This document shows positions 27,921 to 42,089 of a stretch of 64,000 bases of DNA, piece after piece. Position numbers and translations under genes: made by a program. The notes under the pieces were generated by a model. It was given only the letters and a program-made list of their open reading frames with translations, was not told where the DNA came from and searched no databases. Origin of the DNA: Callorhinchus milii (lineage: Eukaryota); contig NW_024704742.1 of NCBI RefSeq assembly GCF_018977255.1, positions 96,722,001 to 96,786,000 on the forward strand. Reading direction: 5' to 3'. The number at the start of each line of letters is the position of its first letter. Positions within the stretch are counted from its first letter, which is position 1.

Positions 27921-29961
27921 ATACATACTGAATGAGCCTGACTACAAAACCACCTGGCCACAAAGCCAAGGGTGGGCTTTAAGAATGGTATAAACAAAAT
28001 AAGTGGAAGTTGTGCACGTTATTCTACCATGCCTGGTGTTTACTTTGATACAGTGCAATATAAAATACAGTGATATTTGTAATATCTTACTGGGGCACAA
28101 GAGAAAAGAATAGTTCCATGCTTTTGACAATTGAAAGAGCTGCAAGAAGCAATGATTTCACTTCACACGCTGTACCCCCAGTACAGAAGCCGCACTGTAA
28201 AATTAATTTCATGTTCTTTGTTAGACTTAGAAAAAACCTTTGTGTGGATGGCAGTAGATTCATATCTTTGTTGAATAGTTATTACTTCAATAGCTTGAAC
28301 TGCAACATTTTTAAGTCATCAAAAAAGATATCACATTCCTTAAGAACAAAGAAAAGGGGGTATAACTCTGATGTATCCCATTGGATATAATGATTAAATC
28401 AAATTTCATGTTTCTGGAGGTTTGTGTGAAATAATTGTAATTTTATTCAAAACCCAAGTCTCTCTTTTCATTTCTTTTACTAACTTTAGCAGCAGGTTGG
28501 CAGGTTGCCACTAAAACCGTGCATTAGCAATGGCAACGGTTTCATACCTGATTGTACAAAATGACTTCAGAAAAAATGCAAAGCTAGCAAATTTGTGGTT
28601 TCCTTATAAATTACTCAAACACTGTGTCCAATTGTAGGTATAAGTTCAGAGTTTCAATTTAAACTTGCTGCTGTGTCAGCTTTGCCTGTTCCGATATGTC
28701 TAACACGTTTAAGTTGAAATGAAGGGAATCACATTTCATTACTTTGAAGATAATATTTTGAATATGCCTACAGTAGGGCAAGACGACAAGAACCCCTCCC
28801 CCCACTCCCCCACACACACACCGCACTCCCCTCTTCCTTTGGTGCTATGATCTCTGGAGTATACAGCTGGCTTTTAAATGGTCTGATGTTTGTTATTCAT
28901 ATACTCGTGATAACATTTTTCATACCTGGTTCTACAATCTTAGCTTAGTGTCGTTGAACACTGTCAAATGTATTGTCAAGTAATGTATAAAGAAGCATCC
29001 AAACCTGTATGAATGCGAGAAGCTGCTTCAACAATTTTTTTTTCAAGGACACAGTTTCACTTTGGTTTTGTATCTTCATTATTCTCAGGCTCTGTTTGCT
29101 TATTTGCCAGTGGCCAACACTGCAACTATCTCCTAAAGCTTCATCTTTAAGAACACTTAAAGCCTTGCTTTCGTGCCTCAAACATTATTAGTTTCTTCTT
29201 GCAGTGGAAAATTTCTAAATGAAATCTCTTACTCAGTGTTCTTCTCTTGTGAGCTGAAACCCCAACTAAACACAAGATCATTGGTTTAGATGGTACGCTC
29301 CTCTCCCTACCTTTTAAACTGACAATAAAAATTGTTTGCACAGGTGTTAACCACATACCTGAGGTCGTTATGATCGATCGGTGCCTCACGGTTACCTATA
29401 TATCTTACAGACATGTTGGGCCAAATGGCCTTAATTTGGCTCTAAAACTGTTGTTAGATGCTTCCTGTCTCGCCCAACACTTTTACCAGTACTCAAATGT
29501 GGAAATTAAGGCTTTCATTATTCTCACTGGCTTAAAAGAAAGGAGTGAGTATTGTAGAGTTCTGTAATTCCATCTCTTTGCCAAGTCCCCTTCTTCCACC
29601 ACCCCATCAACTCTGCAGTGTTTTACCCAGATACCATCTTTAACATCATTTCAAAAGTTATAACCAGTGTTTAAAATGCTGCTCCAGATCCCAGAAGCCA
29701 AACTCTTGGGCCCCACACTAGAAAAAGAAAGAAACCATTGTCCAGAAGTAATCATCTGGTATTAAGCACAGTTTCTGTTTGATAAAGCATTCTGTAATTA
29801 TGCAATTATGCATGGTGACAATTAAACAACACAATGTGTTTCGATTTCAACCCCATTACATGTTATTTGCTGTACTATGCTTCAAAAAGAAGCAACTCTG
29901 TCATCCCTCAAGGCTAGCAGGGCTTTAAATTCTGTCCCTTTGTGGGAGGAAATCAGCTGCA

Positions 29962-30223
29962 TCAATGGCCACCTGGAATGAACTGCACAAGTACAAACTC
30001 AGACATGCTCGATGTGCCTGATGTGGTTGCTTCCAGTAGCTCCTCAGAATGTAGCAGCTGAAATCGAATACCGGTGCTCTTCCAAACCCTTGGGTTGAAA
30101 TTCCGTATGGGGTTAGTGCCTTTGGCGATGTGGTCCGCTAATGTGATTTTCCCATTATAATCATCAATGCCACTATGCATATCGCCAGCTGGAATTTCAT
30201 TCCACCTGTTTGTCCAGGCTGAT
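29962..30223 (-). CDS. Candidate terminal coding exon (SAWTNRWNEIPAGDMHSG...VQFIPGGH*), unknown protein
   Basis: Strong acceptor ctctcctctctccgcAG, then 1 nt plus 86 open codons to TGA. Followed by ~1.5 kb of repeat-free sequence and a minus-strand AATAAA at 28447-28442. Confidence 0.45.
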
Positions 30224-31283
30224 CTGCGGAGAGAGGAGAGATAATAGAATTAAGTGACATGCTGTGTTGCTCAAGTTCCCCCAGCACAAGTCAATTGCTG
30301 TAACATGTTTTCATCTGGTGGTTTAATTTACTATTGGCAGTAAATTACTAGACAAAGAGTAGAAAATAGCTTTTTAATGGTTCGGTTATAACTATGCATA
30401 ATTACTGTGAGAAATTGTTTAAAAAACCATTAACAGGTTCATTCAAACCAATATTTTTAAAGTATTAACAATTGCCATACCTGTAGCATCCCAATGAGAT
30501 ATCTTTAATATTGTCCTGGTATATCCCAATATTTCCAGAGCAGAATCCGTGGACAAAGGACAAAACAATGTATTAAACATAGTCTTACTCGGGGCCATGC
30601 CAAACTGTGTTCACATATCTCTGAGGTGCAAATGCAAAGTTTGCACCATTGCCTAAAAATATAAATTGAGCTCAGCAGCAACCAATATTTTTCCACAAGA
30701 CCACAAATTTAAATGTCAGAGCAGTCATGGTTAAGATGAATTAGTTGTGATAATTTAACACGACCTCAATTCATTTAGGCAAGGAAAATATAGCTGTTAT
30801 CTATATCTGTTACAGGCATTAAATGTGATACATGAACTGCTAGGGATTTTGTTATACTCAATCATTTCAAGCAATATGTTGATCCAGATTTGGCATATCA
30901 CTGATTGTACCTTAAAGAAATCTCTCTCTATATCCATGCATGTTTCACTGAAATATTTAAAACAAATTTCACAACACCTTGACCTGCTGAAGAGTCCAGC
31001 TTAGGAGCTCTACCGCCCAATGTTCTCCATACAAATCAGGGGAAGCAAACTTTCCCTCAAAGCAAGAGCTCTTCACCAACATTGCTTGGTGGACCTCAAC
31101 CACATCTGGCTTCTGACGATACAGCAAGTCAAAGATCAGAACCTGAGATACATTAGATAGCAAAGCTAATCCATGAATCTATCTGAGTCCAAGGATAATA
31201 TTTCACCTGGTCTGGATTTACTCTATTAATATAACTTCAGAGAATCTAGCAATTGTCAAATTTTTAACTACAGTCTTTAATTT

Positions 31284-32140
31284 TGTTCATCCCTCGCACC
31301 CTCCGTTCCACTATCAGTGGCCGTGGTTTCAGCCACTACTCCCGAAGCTCTGGAACTCCTTCCCTCAATCCCTCCGCCTTGATCAATCGCCGGCCTTCCC
31401 GGCACCTCCCTCCACAAGCTGCAGGTCATTCAGAACTCTGCAGCTCGTGTACTGTCCCGCACCAGGCTTCGCGACCACATCACTCCCACCCTCACTCGCC
31501 TCCACTGGCTTCCCATCCCCCAGAGGATCAAATTCAAAATCCTCATCCTCACCTACAAGGCCATTCACGGCCTTGCTCCCTCCTACCTCTCCGACCTACT
31601 ATCCCCCTACCTACCTGCCCGTACCCTCCATTCCTCTGGCTCCGGTCTGCTCCACATACCCCACCCCAACCGCCCTACCATCGGTGGCCGGGCCTTCAGC
31701 CTCTCAGCCCCGAGGCTCTGGAACTCTATCCCCCAGTGCCTTCGCCTTGCTTCCTCCCTTTCCTCCTTCAAGGCCGGTCTCAAGACCTTTCTCTTTGACC
31801 GTGTCTTCAGCTCTCCTCTCGACTCTCTACTCCCTCCTCGCTCCCTCCCTTCCCTCCCCTCACCATTTCCCCCCTGCTCGGGTCCTGACCCAACTGTCCA
31901 GCGCCTTGGGACGTCCTCCCGACGTGAAAGGCGCTCTACAAATGAAATCTTGTTGTTGTTGTTGTTGACCCTTCCCTCCCCACTTTCAAATCCCGCCTGA
32001 AGACCTTCCATTTTGATTGTGCTTACAGTCACCTCCCCACACCCTCTCCTCCTGGCTCAGAGTCAGACTCCCATCACTGTCAAATGCTCCGGGGCTTTAC
32101 CCCAAGTGAGGGGGGGTATATAAATACAAGTTGTTGTTTT
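31284..32140 (+). mobile_element. Older L2 interrupted by a young L2 (31389-31966)
   Basis: The older copy breaks after tcaatccctccgcctt and resumes at cttccctccccactttcaaa; two complete tails are present. Confidence 0.9.
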
Positions 32141-33029
32141 ATTTTCTGTAAGTTTCTTTTACAAACCACAGAAATGGGCTTCAAAGTGAAAACTGAGTTT
32201 TTCTAAATTCTGCACACTTTGAATTGCTGCGTTAATAATAATAATCCTTGCATTTGATATCACTTCATCGAGATGTCTCAAAGTGCTTCACAGGATAGAC
32301 TGTAAAGGGCTTAGAGTAACTGTGGGTAGCTTGCAACAGCTAATTTGTGCAGAGACCAATTTTATTTGGGGGATTTATCGGCTAGGACACTGGGATAAAC
32401 TCCATTCAATTTTCGAATAGTGCTGTAAGTAAATGGAGAATCAGTGGAATTTCTACCAGGTGGTATGGCTATTGCACCTTATTTTTAAAGGAATCTCAAT
32501 CTCAAATGACATTGAATGATCTAGATCATATTTTATCTTGCTCTGTTCCTGATTGTCCCTAGAGGTATAATGTTCAACAAGCAGTTAAAATGCATCAATT
32601 TTCCATTGTCCAATTTATTATCACAGGTGACACAGATTTTCTGACGTATTTACTGCTGAGTAAATTAGAATCCATCTCCTTTTCGGAGAATGTTCGAGAT
32701 AATCTCTGCTAGTTGGAAAATATACCAAACTGATTGTGTCAAGTTTGCAATTAATTTTAATTTTAAAGAGACATTTTTTGAAAATGTCATGTATGAGACT
32801 TCTGAATATAATAATAATAATCCTTGCATTTAATATAGTGCTTTTCACATCTTCTAGGCATCTCAAAGAGCTTGACAGAATTATACTGCAAAGTGAATTG
32901 CCTGTATATTTTGTGGGCAAAACACAGCAACCAATTGCTATTAGACAAAGCAGTGCAATAAGACAAAGGTTCATAGAATTAATCGCACATTAGACAATTG
33001 GATTAATCCTGATATTGTCACCATATCTT

Positions 33030-33570
33030 GTCTGTCTTGTCCTCTTGCCTCCACACAGTCATCTGGGATGATCCTCAGGGCTCTATCCTCAGTCCTCTCC
33101 TTTTCATCATCTACATGCTCCTTCTCAGTGACATCATCGGAAGGCACGGGATCCTCTTCCACATGTACATAGATGTACACTCAACTTTATCGTTCTGCTC
33201 CACTCTCAACACCAGGATCACTGCTGTTCTGACAGACTGCTTGTCGGACTTGTTGGATGAGGCATAACTTTCTCCAACTCAACAAAGGCAAAGCGGAGGC
33301 TTCATACTCTCCGCCAATCTTTATTTCCTTCTCTCAGGTGCTGACTGTACCATCCTGCCCAGAGGCTCATTCTATCTGACAGAGCCTTGCAGAACTGAGT
33401 GTTTTGCTTGACCCACAAATCTCCTTCAAACCTTTCATTGAGGCTCTGACCAAATCCGCTTGGCTTCATCTCTGCAATATTGCCCTCCTCTATCACTCTC
33501 TAATCCCCAAATCAGCTGAAGCCCTCATCCACACCTTTGCACCTCCAGACTCGACCTTTCCAAATGCCAT
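33030..33570 (+). mobile_element. Decayed L2 RT fragment
   Basis: PQGSILSPLLFIIYML..LTDCLSD..AEALIHTF. Confidence 0.85.
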
Positions 33571-35634
33571 GCATTTGCCCACAAAACACACGGTCTCCAC
33601 TTTACAATATATCTTGTGAAGTGCTTTGGGATGTGCTCCTGACATGAAAGGTTCTGTACCAAATGCAAGGATTTTATTACACTAAATATCCTCTCCATCC
33701 CCACCCCCAAAACATTTGTGAAAATGTTTTCATCCACAGTAATAGCTTTTCAGAATGAAATTTACTACCAATACTGTATAATAAATACCTGCATTCTTTC
33801 AATATAATCACAATTGCAGCATAAAACCACTGTTTCCTGTGGCCTGGAATAAAGGCCTCTGCGTCCCTGCCAACCAATACGGATCTCCGACTTCTGTAGT
33901 TTGTGATGGAGCATCCTGAGGTCATTTATCACAAGTGATGGGAGGCAGCATTTTAACATTTAGTTTTACAACAATAACAATTTATATTTGTATAGGTCCT
34001 TTCATGTCAGGGGGACTTCATATTTCACAATGCGCTTCACACTCAGAGCCTGAGCTGGGGATAAATAATCCTTGCATTTGATGTAGGGGGAGGGGAGAGA
34101 AGATAAGGAAGGTGGACGAGGGGAAGGGTTTTTAAAATCAAAATTTAAAGACAGTATCTGTTGACTATGGTATCTATTAAATCATCATGTCTCACAGCCT
34201 GGACTAAACACCTTCAGGATCCTCACTAGCTGAAGAAGGCAGGGATTTCTTGAACGTTAATGAGGATTGCAAATTGCTTTATTCAAGGAAGTGGCAATTT
34301 TACCCTACGTTTTGTTTTTTCTGGTGTTTGTGATCAGTGTTTTTCTCTCTCTTTCCCATTTCTGTCCATGTTCAGTCTTTCTCTGCTGTGACATAAACAG
34401 GTAACCTTTTTAAATGAATTTTGGATGTTTGCAAAATCAGATCACTTTATCAGAGACATTGAATATTTGGCCACATCTCCCTCTCAAGCCGAACGCCAGG
34501 CGATTCTGAATCAGTCAGTCGGTCAAGCTTAGATTGGCAGCCGTTAAAACAGTTCGACAGCTTCACGATTGTCCAGCAAATTATCCTAATGCTCCACTAC
34601 CAGCACAGAGGGAGAATAACAGTTTGTTGATGGCAATACTGAAGTGAAAGCTGCACTCATTAATCTCAATGCAGCCACAGACTCAAAGCCAAGATCCCAC
34701 ATCCTCCAGAGCGTAGAACACTTTAATATGCAGACGCCACCATCTCAACAAAGGAGAAGCATGAACAATAAATAGCCTGGACATTTGTTTTTAAATATGT
34801 GTGTTGTAAGAGGAGGCGAAGGTAATCATGTTTGTTTATTAAAATGCTTTTCTCATTCGGCCCATGTAAATGTTTGATTGTCACTGTTCAAAGACATTGC
34901 CTCCGCAAAAACATGCCCTTAGTGCTGTAAAATAAACAGCCATGTGATTTCCTCACCTGTCACAGATTTTAACATAAATCATTGTATCCCATTAAAAGCT
35001 ACTGGCACGCAAAAAAAGAAAGAGTGCTTCACAAGAACACAGAATATGAACAGTTTGCTTCAGTGGATTGTACTGATGATTCATTCAGCCCTGGAGGATT
35101 TCCAGAACAGATATTTCTGAGAAGAAAATATAGAAGGATGTTGTTACTGCTGCACTTATGGGCCACAGATTCTCCATGCTTCTTGAAATGCTAATATAAC
35201 CAATGCATTAACTATTGTTGTCATATTCCCTCTGTTGCAGATCTCTCCAAGGGTTTCTTTGGTTCAGGTCATGTTTTTTGTTTAAATTCCGAGATTTTTG
35301 TAGGCGTTCAGTTCAGGGCTTCTGACTGTATTAACATCTCACTAATTGACCTGGGTTGTGTGAGTCTTTGTCTTTTTCTTTAGATGCACATTAATAATAA
35401 TGCTGTGCCAGTGAAGGTACAGAAATAGAACACTCCATAAAATACAATAAAAAGACACATCAATGCTCTGAAGAAGAGTCAGTTGGGCTTACTATTGGAG
35501 AATATGAATAAGAAGCACCTCAAATTAAATGCACAGGAACTTAAGACTTACATTTATTTAGATCACTGAGCAATATCCTTTAAATGCTCAAAATTGGGAA
35601 TGACACTCTAATGCTGTGCAGTGAGAGCAATATC

Positions 35635-36137
35635 ACCACATCACTCCCACCCTCGCTCGCCTCCACTGGCTCCCCATCCCCCAGAGGATCGAATTCAAGA
35701 TCCTCATCCTCACCTACAAGGCCATTCACGGCCTTGCTCCCTCCTACCTCTCTGACCTACTATCCCCCTACTTACCTGCCCATACCCTCCATTCCTCTGG
35801 CTCTGGTCTGCTCCACATCCCCCACCCCAACCGCCCTACCATCGGTGGCCGGGCTTTCAGCCTCTCAGCCCCGAGGCTCTGGAACTCTATCCCCCAGTGC
35901 CTTCGCCTTACTTCCTCCCTTTCCTCCTTCAAGGCCGGTCTCAAGACCGTTCTCTTTGACTGAGCCTTCAGCTCCCCTCTCAACTCTCTACCCCCTCCTC
36001 GCTCCCTCCCTTCCCTCCCCTCACCCTGACCATTTCCCCCCTGCTCGGGTCCTGACCCAACTGTACAGCGCCTTGGGACGTCCTCCCAACGTGAAATGCG
36101 CTCTATAAATTGAATCTTGTTGTTGTTGTTGTTGTTG
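35635..36137 (+). mobile_element. Young 5'-truncated L2
   Basis: [27 protein letters not shown]; 3' stem-loop; (TTG)n tail. Confidence 0.93.
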
Positions 36138-36892
36138 TACTTAAATCTGGGAGGTATTAAGAGCAGGTTGGCAAAGCCAAGGCTTCGGGATCCCACAGTG
36201 TGAATTGGGGTACTGCTGGAGTTGATCCAGTTTAAACCACATAGCTTGCTATTGATATCACTGTCTTGAAAGCTTCCTGTTGCTTATCCAGCTGGGTCTA
36301 TCCTACACATTAGGGCACTGGCTTGAGGGTAACAGGAGCTGAGTGGGAAGAATCCCTGCTTAAGTGACTGGTCTGCCCTTTAATAGTCCTGCTGATGAGC
36401 CTGGCTGGCTGGGCTGTCAATAGAGGTGCCCTGGAGTTGTTCAGACACTGGCTCAGGAACCTGACTACAAAGACCCCCACAGAGGGTTGACTCAATTCTA
36501 ACATTCAATTACCAGGCATGTCTGTCACCCAGGAGCCAGTTCAGCTCTGGAATTAGGTAAGCAGGGTGTGTTGCTGTAGAGAGAGAGTGCTCAGAATTCA
36601 TCACCTTATCTTCTAGATTTTCCGTTGAGTTCACCCTATTCAAAAAGAGAAGAGAATTTCTCCTAGTGCTGTACCCAGCAAATCCTACAGATAAATTGAT
36701 CATTCACCTCAGGCCTATTGGTTTGGGACCTTGTGGTGCAAATGACTAGCATGTTTGCCTACAAAAATGGACTATACACGTGACAGTATTTACTTGTCAA
36801 ATGCCTGAGCAGATTGAATGTGATATAGCTTTATAAAAATCTTTTAATTTCTCTTCCTCATTTGGGTGAATTTCACGTGTTCCTAAATCTGT

Positions 36893-36906
36893 CCACTAGA
36901 TGGAGC
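36893..36906 (+). promoter_or_regulatory. CTCF-like motif
   Basis: CCACTAGATGGAGC, one mismatch from CCACTAGATGGCGC. Confidence 0.4.
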
Positions 36907-37088
36907 AGCACTGTAAGGCGTCCCATCTCCTGAGAGGGGAAAAATAGCTCCTTATCCAGTGTTGCTCAATCTATACAATAATACTCCTTGCATTTGATAT
37001 ACCACTTTATCACATCTTCAAGACATCTCAAAGCGCTTCACAGAATATACTGTAAAGTGAATTGCCTGCATATTTTTGTAGGCGAAAA

Positions 37089-37172
37089 GACACACACACT
37101 CTCACTCTCACACACACACTTGTTCTCACTCTCTTGCACACACACACACACACTCACTCTCACACACACTCT
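37089..37172. repeat. CA/CT compound microsatellite
   Basis: Runs of acacacac and ctctcact. Confidence 0.85.
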
Positions 37173-40100
37173 CTGCACAAATCCCTCCACTGGTCAGCTT
37201 CTCCCAACAACACTCCTGGATAATGCTGCAGCCAAAATATTGCTCAAACCCGATACTTCAACCTCTGGAGGAAGGATAAAGTGTAAGGAACATTAAAATT
37301 ACTTTTTGTTTTTAATTGATTTGCAGCATTTAAAACAGATTTTAGATTGAAAACGAATCTATAAAAAGCCTATTTTTGCCTGAATTTCATTTCAATAAAC
37401 AAATACGCCGGTCTCTTTGGCATTCAGGATGGTGTGCATGCATTCCCAAAGCTCACCTCACTTACTACACTGCCAGTTCTGGGGATGTGTGTGCAATAAT
37501 AATCCTAGCACTGGATATAGAACGTCTGCCCGGATTTCACAAGATTACAGATTGGTTCGGATGAAGAAGACTCTTCGGGAGCAAGTCCCATCTCTTTTTG
37601 AATAATGCCATGAGATCTTTATCGTCCACCTGAACAGCAGGTTAAACGTCTAATCTGAAGGACAGCATTTCCAGCAATTTTTTTCCCCTAGTTTTCTTAT
37701 ATTTTGTGCATAGAAACTCTGACCTTGGTTGTCCTTAATCATGTGGGAAAAAGCAACAACACAAATATAAAGAGAATATGTATGTTATATACAAAATAAT
37801 TTTAACTAAGTGAACTGAGTACTAAGTTGAAAAAATGGTGTATAATGTCTGAAAATTCTCTCTGTGTATAAAATATAAATACGATTATAAAGGTTATATA
37901 TTGCAAAATAAAACGCTATTTTTAGATCAGAGCATTTTTGTCCTTGACGGGTAGGTCTGCCTTTGACTTGAATATTTTGTAGGTTTGTATTTCAGCTGCA
38001 GTGATCAGCTTTTTGTCATCATCTCATCCTTGCCTGGTATCTCACAATTGTGGCAATCCTTACCTCACTCAGGTCATTAAACCCCAAGGTTGGTCTCACT
38101 GTACCACAACAGTAGAAAAACGATTATCCACAACAATTGGGAGCTATTGTGGGTGAGCCATCAATGTAGATGATTGGACCACATGCAAAATACAAATTGG
38201 CGGCAGTGCTGATAATAAATAGTTCTGTCTATAATAGTTTTATTACTTCTCTCTGTTACTGCCTCTCTGATTCTTTTCTTTGCCCTCATTCTGTCCTTTT
38301 CTCTTTTTCTGTGTTCCTCTGTCTCTCTAACCTTTCTAATCCTGAATCTCTCCAACTTTCATTCTCTAAAACTTTTTTTTTCTGACTCTAACCATACACT
38401 GCAAGGTTATTGAGGATGCGCTTCAGTTGATCAGAGCAACTAAATTATTTCATTCATGCAACTTTGCCAGCATCTCGAGGCTCCTTGCCATCTTCTGCAT
38501 TGCAGCCTGGTGCAGATAAACAGACATGTGGATGACTGGCACACAGCTAACCAGTGTTCTCCCATTCTTTACCCCATTCTATTCCACTTTGGTCATGCCC
38601 TGCACTATGGGTTTTGTCCCTTCTCCTTTGTTTCCCAATACAAAATAAAAAATGACCAAGTGCTTACATTTCCACTTGTTATCAGTATGCTGCCCAGTTA
38701 TATTTAAATTTCAGTTCTGCTTTCTCTAAAATTGAGATCTTTCGAACCAGCCTTATTATTTTTTACATATTTTTGGTGCATTATTAGTTAAATTTCTCCA
38801 CTGGTGTCCACCATTCCTGTTACAATCCTGACCGAAAAAACTGCTCTTCAATTGAACCCCCAAAAAGGCCGTACTCTATCAACCTCAATTAGCCACGATG
38901 TCTTTTGACAGACAGCATTTACAAGGTATAATTACACTATCACAACTGACATTTCAAGACTACAGATAATTTGAACGGCCTCTGCTTTGTGCGGCTCTTT
39001 GCAACCACTAATAATAACATCAATTAGCTTGGCACCATTACAATATAACAAGACTTAATTTAACTGGGCCATTAGAGGCAGCAAACTTTTCATTCAAATG
39101 TGCTAATTTCACAACTACTGGTAGTTCAACATTTTATTAAATTTGATAAATAAAAGTGCTAAAATTTTACTAAAATAGGTGACGAACAAGACTTATTTAT
39201 ATCAATAAATGCCAATTTGAGGAGTGCATTAATTTTCATCACTTTTCTTTTCCATTCCATTAATTCCCTGCATTAATAAATCATTGTCATGCACCATAAT
39301 TTTGCACTAAATGTGACTCCTTTTATAGAAAAATAAGTCTACAGGCTGGATACCAGCCCAGAAAATATTTATTTGCCCCGACTTTTTCAAAGCTTCTCTC
39401 AATTTGAGCATAAGGCGTTCCTGCTGTCAGGTACTTGGCAGCCTGCAGCAAGATCTGACTCCATTTATTTGCTTCTCGAACATATTCGTGTCAAACAAAA
39501 ATGTGGCTGTCTTGCATTTTATATCAGAAACACGTTAGATATAAGATTGTTAGAGTCTGGAGAATTTTCACCCACAGAGTAAAAAAACAATCCAGGTATT
39601 TTCTGAGTGAAAAAATTGACACCAAGAACAGCACCACAGACAAATTTGGTGAAAATTGATAGAAATCTGCCAGTGATTTGTGTTTTCTGCACATGTTGGT
39701 AGAGAAGACCGCAACACAACATGCACAGCGCAACTCCAAACAGCTCTCTCACGCTCAGATCACTTAACAGTAAATGCTGAGGAGATTCTGACACAGTTCA
39801 GAGGTCCACTGTGAGGTCAATGATTTGCACATCACTCGGCAGGATTATGAATCGGCCACATACTGGAAGCTGAAAAGAAAAAACAACTTGCATTTATATA
39901 GTGTCCTTCACATGGGGTAGTGTCTCTACCTTGAAAAAGTATGACATTAGGTGTGGGGGTGGAGTATTGAGACTTTTTTTTTGCTGGTTCACAAAAAATC
40001 TTTTTTTTTAATAGTGAAAACCAGCAAAAACTGATATTGTCCACAGTGGGTGTGTGACATTACTATTCCAGGACCAGTCCCTCTCATTTCCTGCTAAGCT

Positions 40101-40809
40101 CATAGGTTGATTCCTCTGTTGCAAGACTGGAAAGTGTTAATTATTAGAGGTGCCATCATTCAGCTAAAAGTTAGACTTTTAAATTCCATCTGCCTACTCC
40201 TTCAGGTGGGCGTTAAAAATCCCATGGCACTATTCAGAAAAGAAATGGGGTTGTCTCCAACTTAATTGGCCATTTACCTTATGGCTGTTTTACAGATCTA
40301 GCTGGTGCAAATGGCTGTTGTGTTTGCCAACAAGAATAGGCGCTACACTTTCACAGTAATTACCTGTGAAGTAGCTTGAGGCATTTCTTTCACAGAGCTA
40401 TTGAAAATGGAATGCGCAAGGAATCACAGGTGCAGACACAGGTGCCATTGCTCCGCAGTAAAGCATATTGCTGCGTTGCATAGCGACCCTCAAGCACAAC
40501 AATGGTTAGCATTGAAGGCACTTGACAAAAGGTTTCGTCACACTGCTCTCGGCAAATAAATTTTCTTTTGAAAATATTCCCTGTAGACAGTCCATCCCTT
40601 TAACAGATTTGTTCTTACTATGAAATTCAAAATGTGGACGTCAGAAATATTTTGCACACCCGAGGTTAGCTGAACATTTGTGCATAACTTTTCCACGTGC
40701 TTGGCTCCCACTCCGAGGACAGGCACTCATGACACACTGCTCTCTCCTGGCAGGCTAGCCTGGTTCGTGGATTCTGGCTCCTCCTTCAATACCAATGTAA
40801 TACTAATAC

Positions 40810-41060
40810 ATTAAAAGTTACATTTATAAGAGCACCTTTCACATTGGAAGGATGTCTCAAGGCTCTTAAGAATACTGGCTTGGCATCCAAACCTGGGCAG
40901 GGAGCCGAGGGGGTGAAGAGGGAAACGATGACGCAAAGCGCGGTCAAAGAGGTAGGTCTTGAGACAGATGGATGAACAGGTGAGGGAGGGAGAGGGAGGG
41001 ACTCTGGGATGCAGTTCGAGAGAATGGGGGCAGGTAGACTAAAAACCCGCCCGCCTCTGA
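40810..41060 (-). mobile_element. Old L2 3' fragment
   Basis: Reverse complement contains ctcaagacctacctctttgacc and the tail gaaaggtgctcttataaatg. Confidence 0.7.
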
Positions 41061-42089
41061 CACAATACGTTCACAGGTAGACATCTCTTTCCAGCTTCAT
41101 GGTTAATTTATAAATGTGATCAAACTGATTCTTACTAAATTTGAGAAACAAATAAAAAATAAATCCCAAACAATACTTATAGATGAATATAATGCAAGAA
41201 TTATAGTCCTCGTTTTGTTTCCTCCGAGAAACAAACGTTCCGGGATGCTACCCCACGTGAAGGGCTCTATATAAATGCAAGTTATTGTTGTTGTTCCTTC
41301 CTCCTTATTCTTTGCAATTTAGCTGATGTGGTAAACTTATTGGTGTCACCCGAAAAATGTGGATAGAACAGAAGTAAAATAACTGTAAGAGGACAGTAAT
41401 AGTTAATGAGACCTGATATAACAGTTTTATGTCACAGGTGCTTTTCTACAATTGCGTTGCTTTATTTTCAATAGTTTAATGAGGAATAATGAGGTGAAAT
41501 AATGAGGTGAAAAATGCAGTATGTAATGCGATAATTAATGGGCTATGCATTATCACATCACATACCCCACCATACAAATTATAGCTTAATTCTAGAATGA
41601 ACATGAAGCTGAATTTAAAAGCCCCAAAGCGATCGTAAAATCTCTGAGAGAGAGAGCGAGAAGGGGTGGGGGGGGGAGTATTAAAACCATAATATTAAAA
41701 CAGCAAATCTCTATTCTGAGCCGGAATTAGCAGAGGCATACAAAGCGAATCCGATAAAAACTAAAATGTGAGCAGGAAGTACTTTGCAATTTATCTCTCG
41801 CTTTCATTTCATTTCCCTGCTTGAATTTGCAATAGGACCAGTTTCTCTAACGTATGCAGCACAAGCCAAAATAGCAGTAACAGAAGCTAATGCTTTGTTA
41901 TTACTGCACCAGACCTGTCCATCCCTCTTCTGGATCAACAGATGCAAACAAGAACTATAAACTTATTTTAAGTGCAGCAGACATATTAGCATCACCTTCA
42001 GATTGGCATTGGTGCCGGTTCTGTTTCCAATACATAGAATTTAAACTGGTGTCACGCTAAGTCATATGTAATCTGAATATATACATACA

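Noticed and set aside
31283..32032. Long Pro/Ser-rich and Arg/Gly-rich ORFs (also 35584, 35768, 51087, 51290, 58286, 58311)
   Set aside because: They are off-frame or antisense readings of GC-rich L2 3' regions, not host genes.
34957..35116. Minus-strand acceptor/donor pair
   Set aside because: Stops occur in all three frames.
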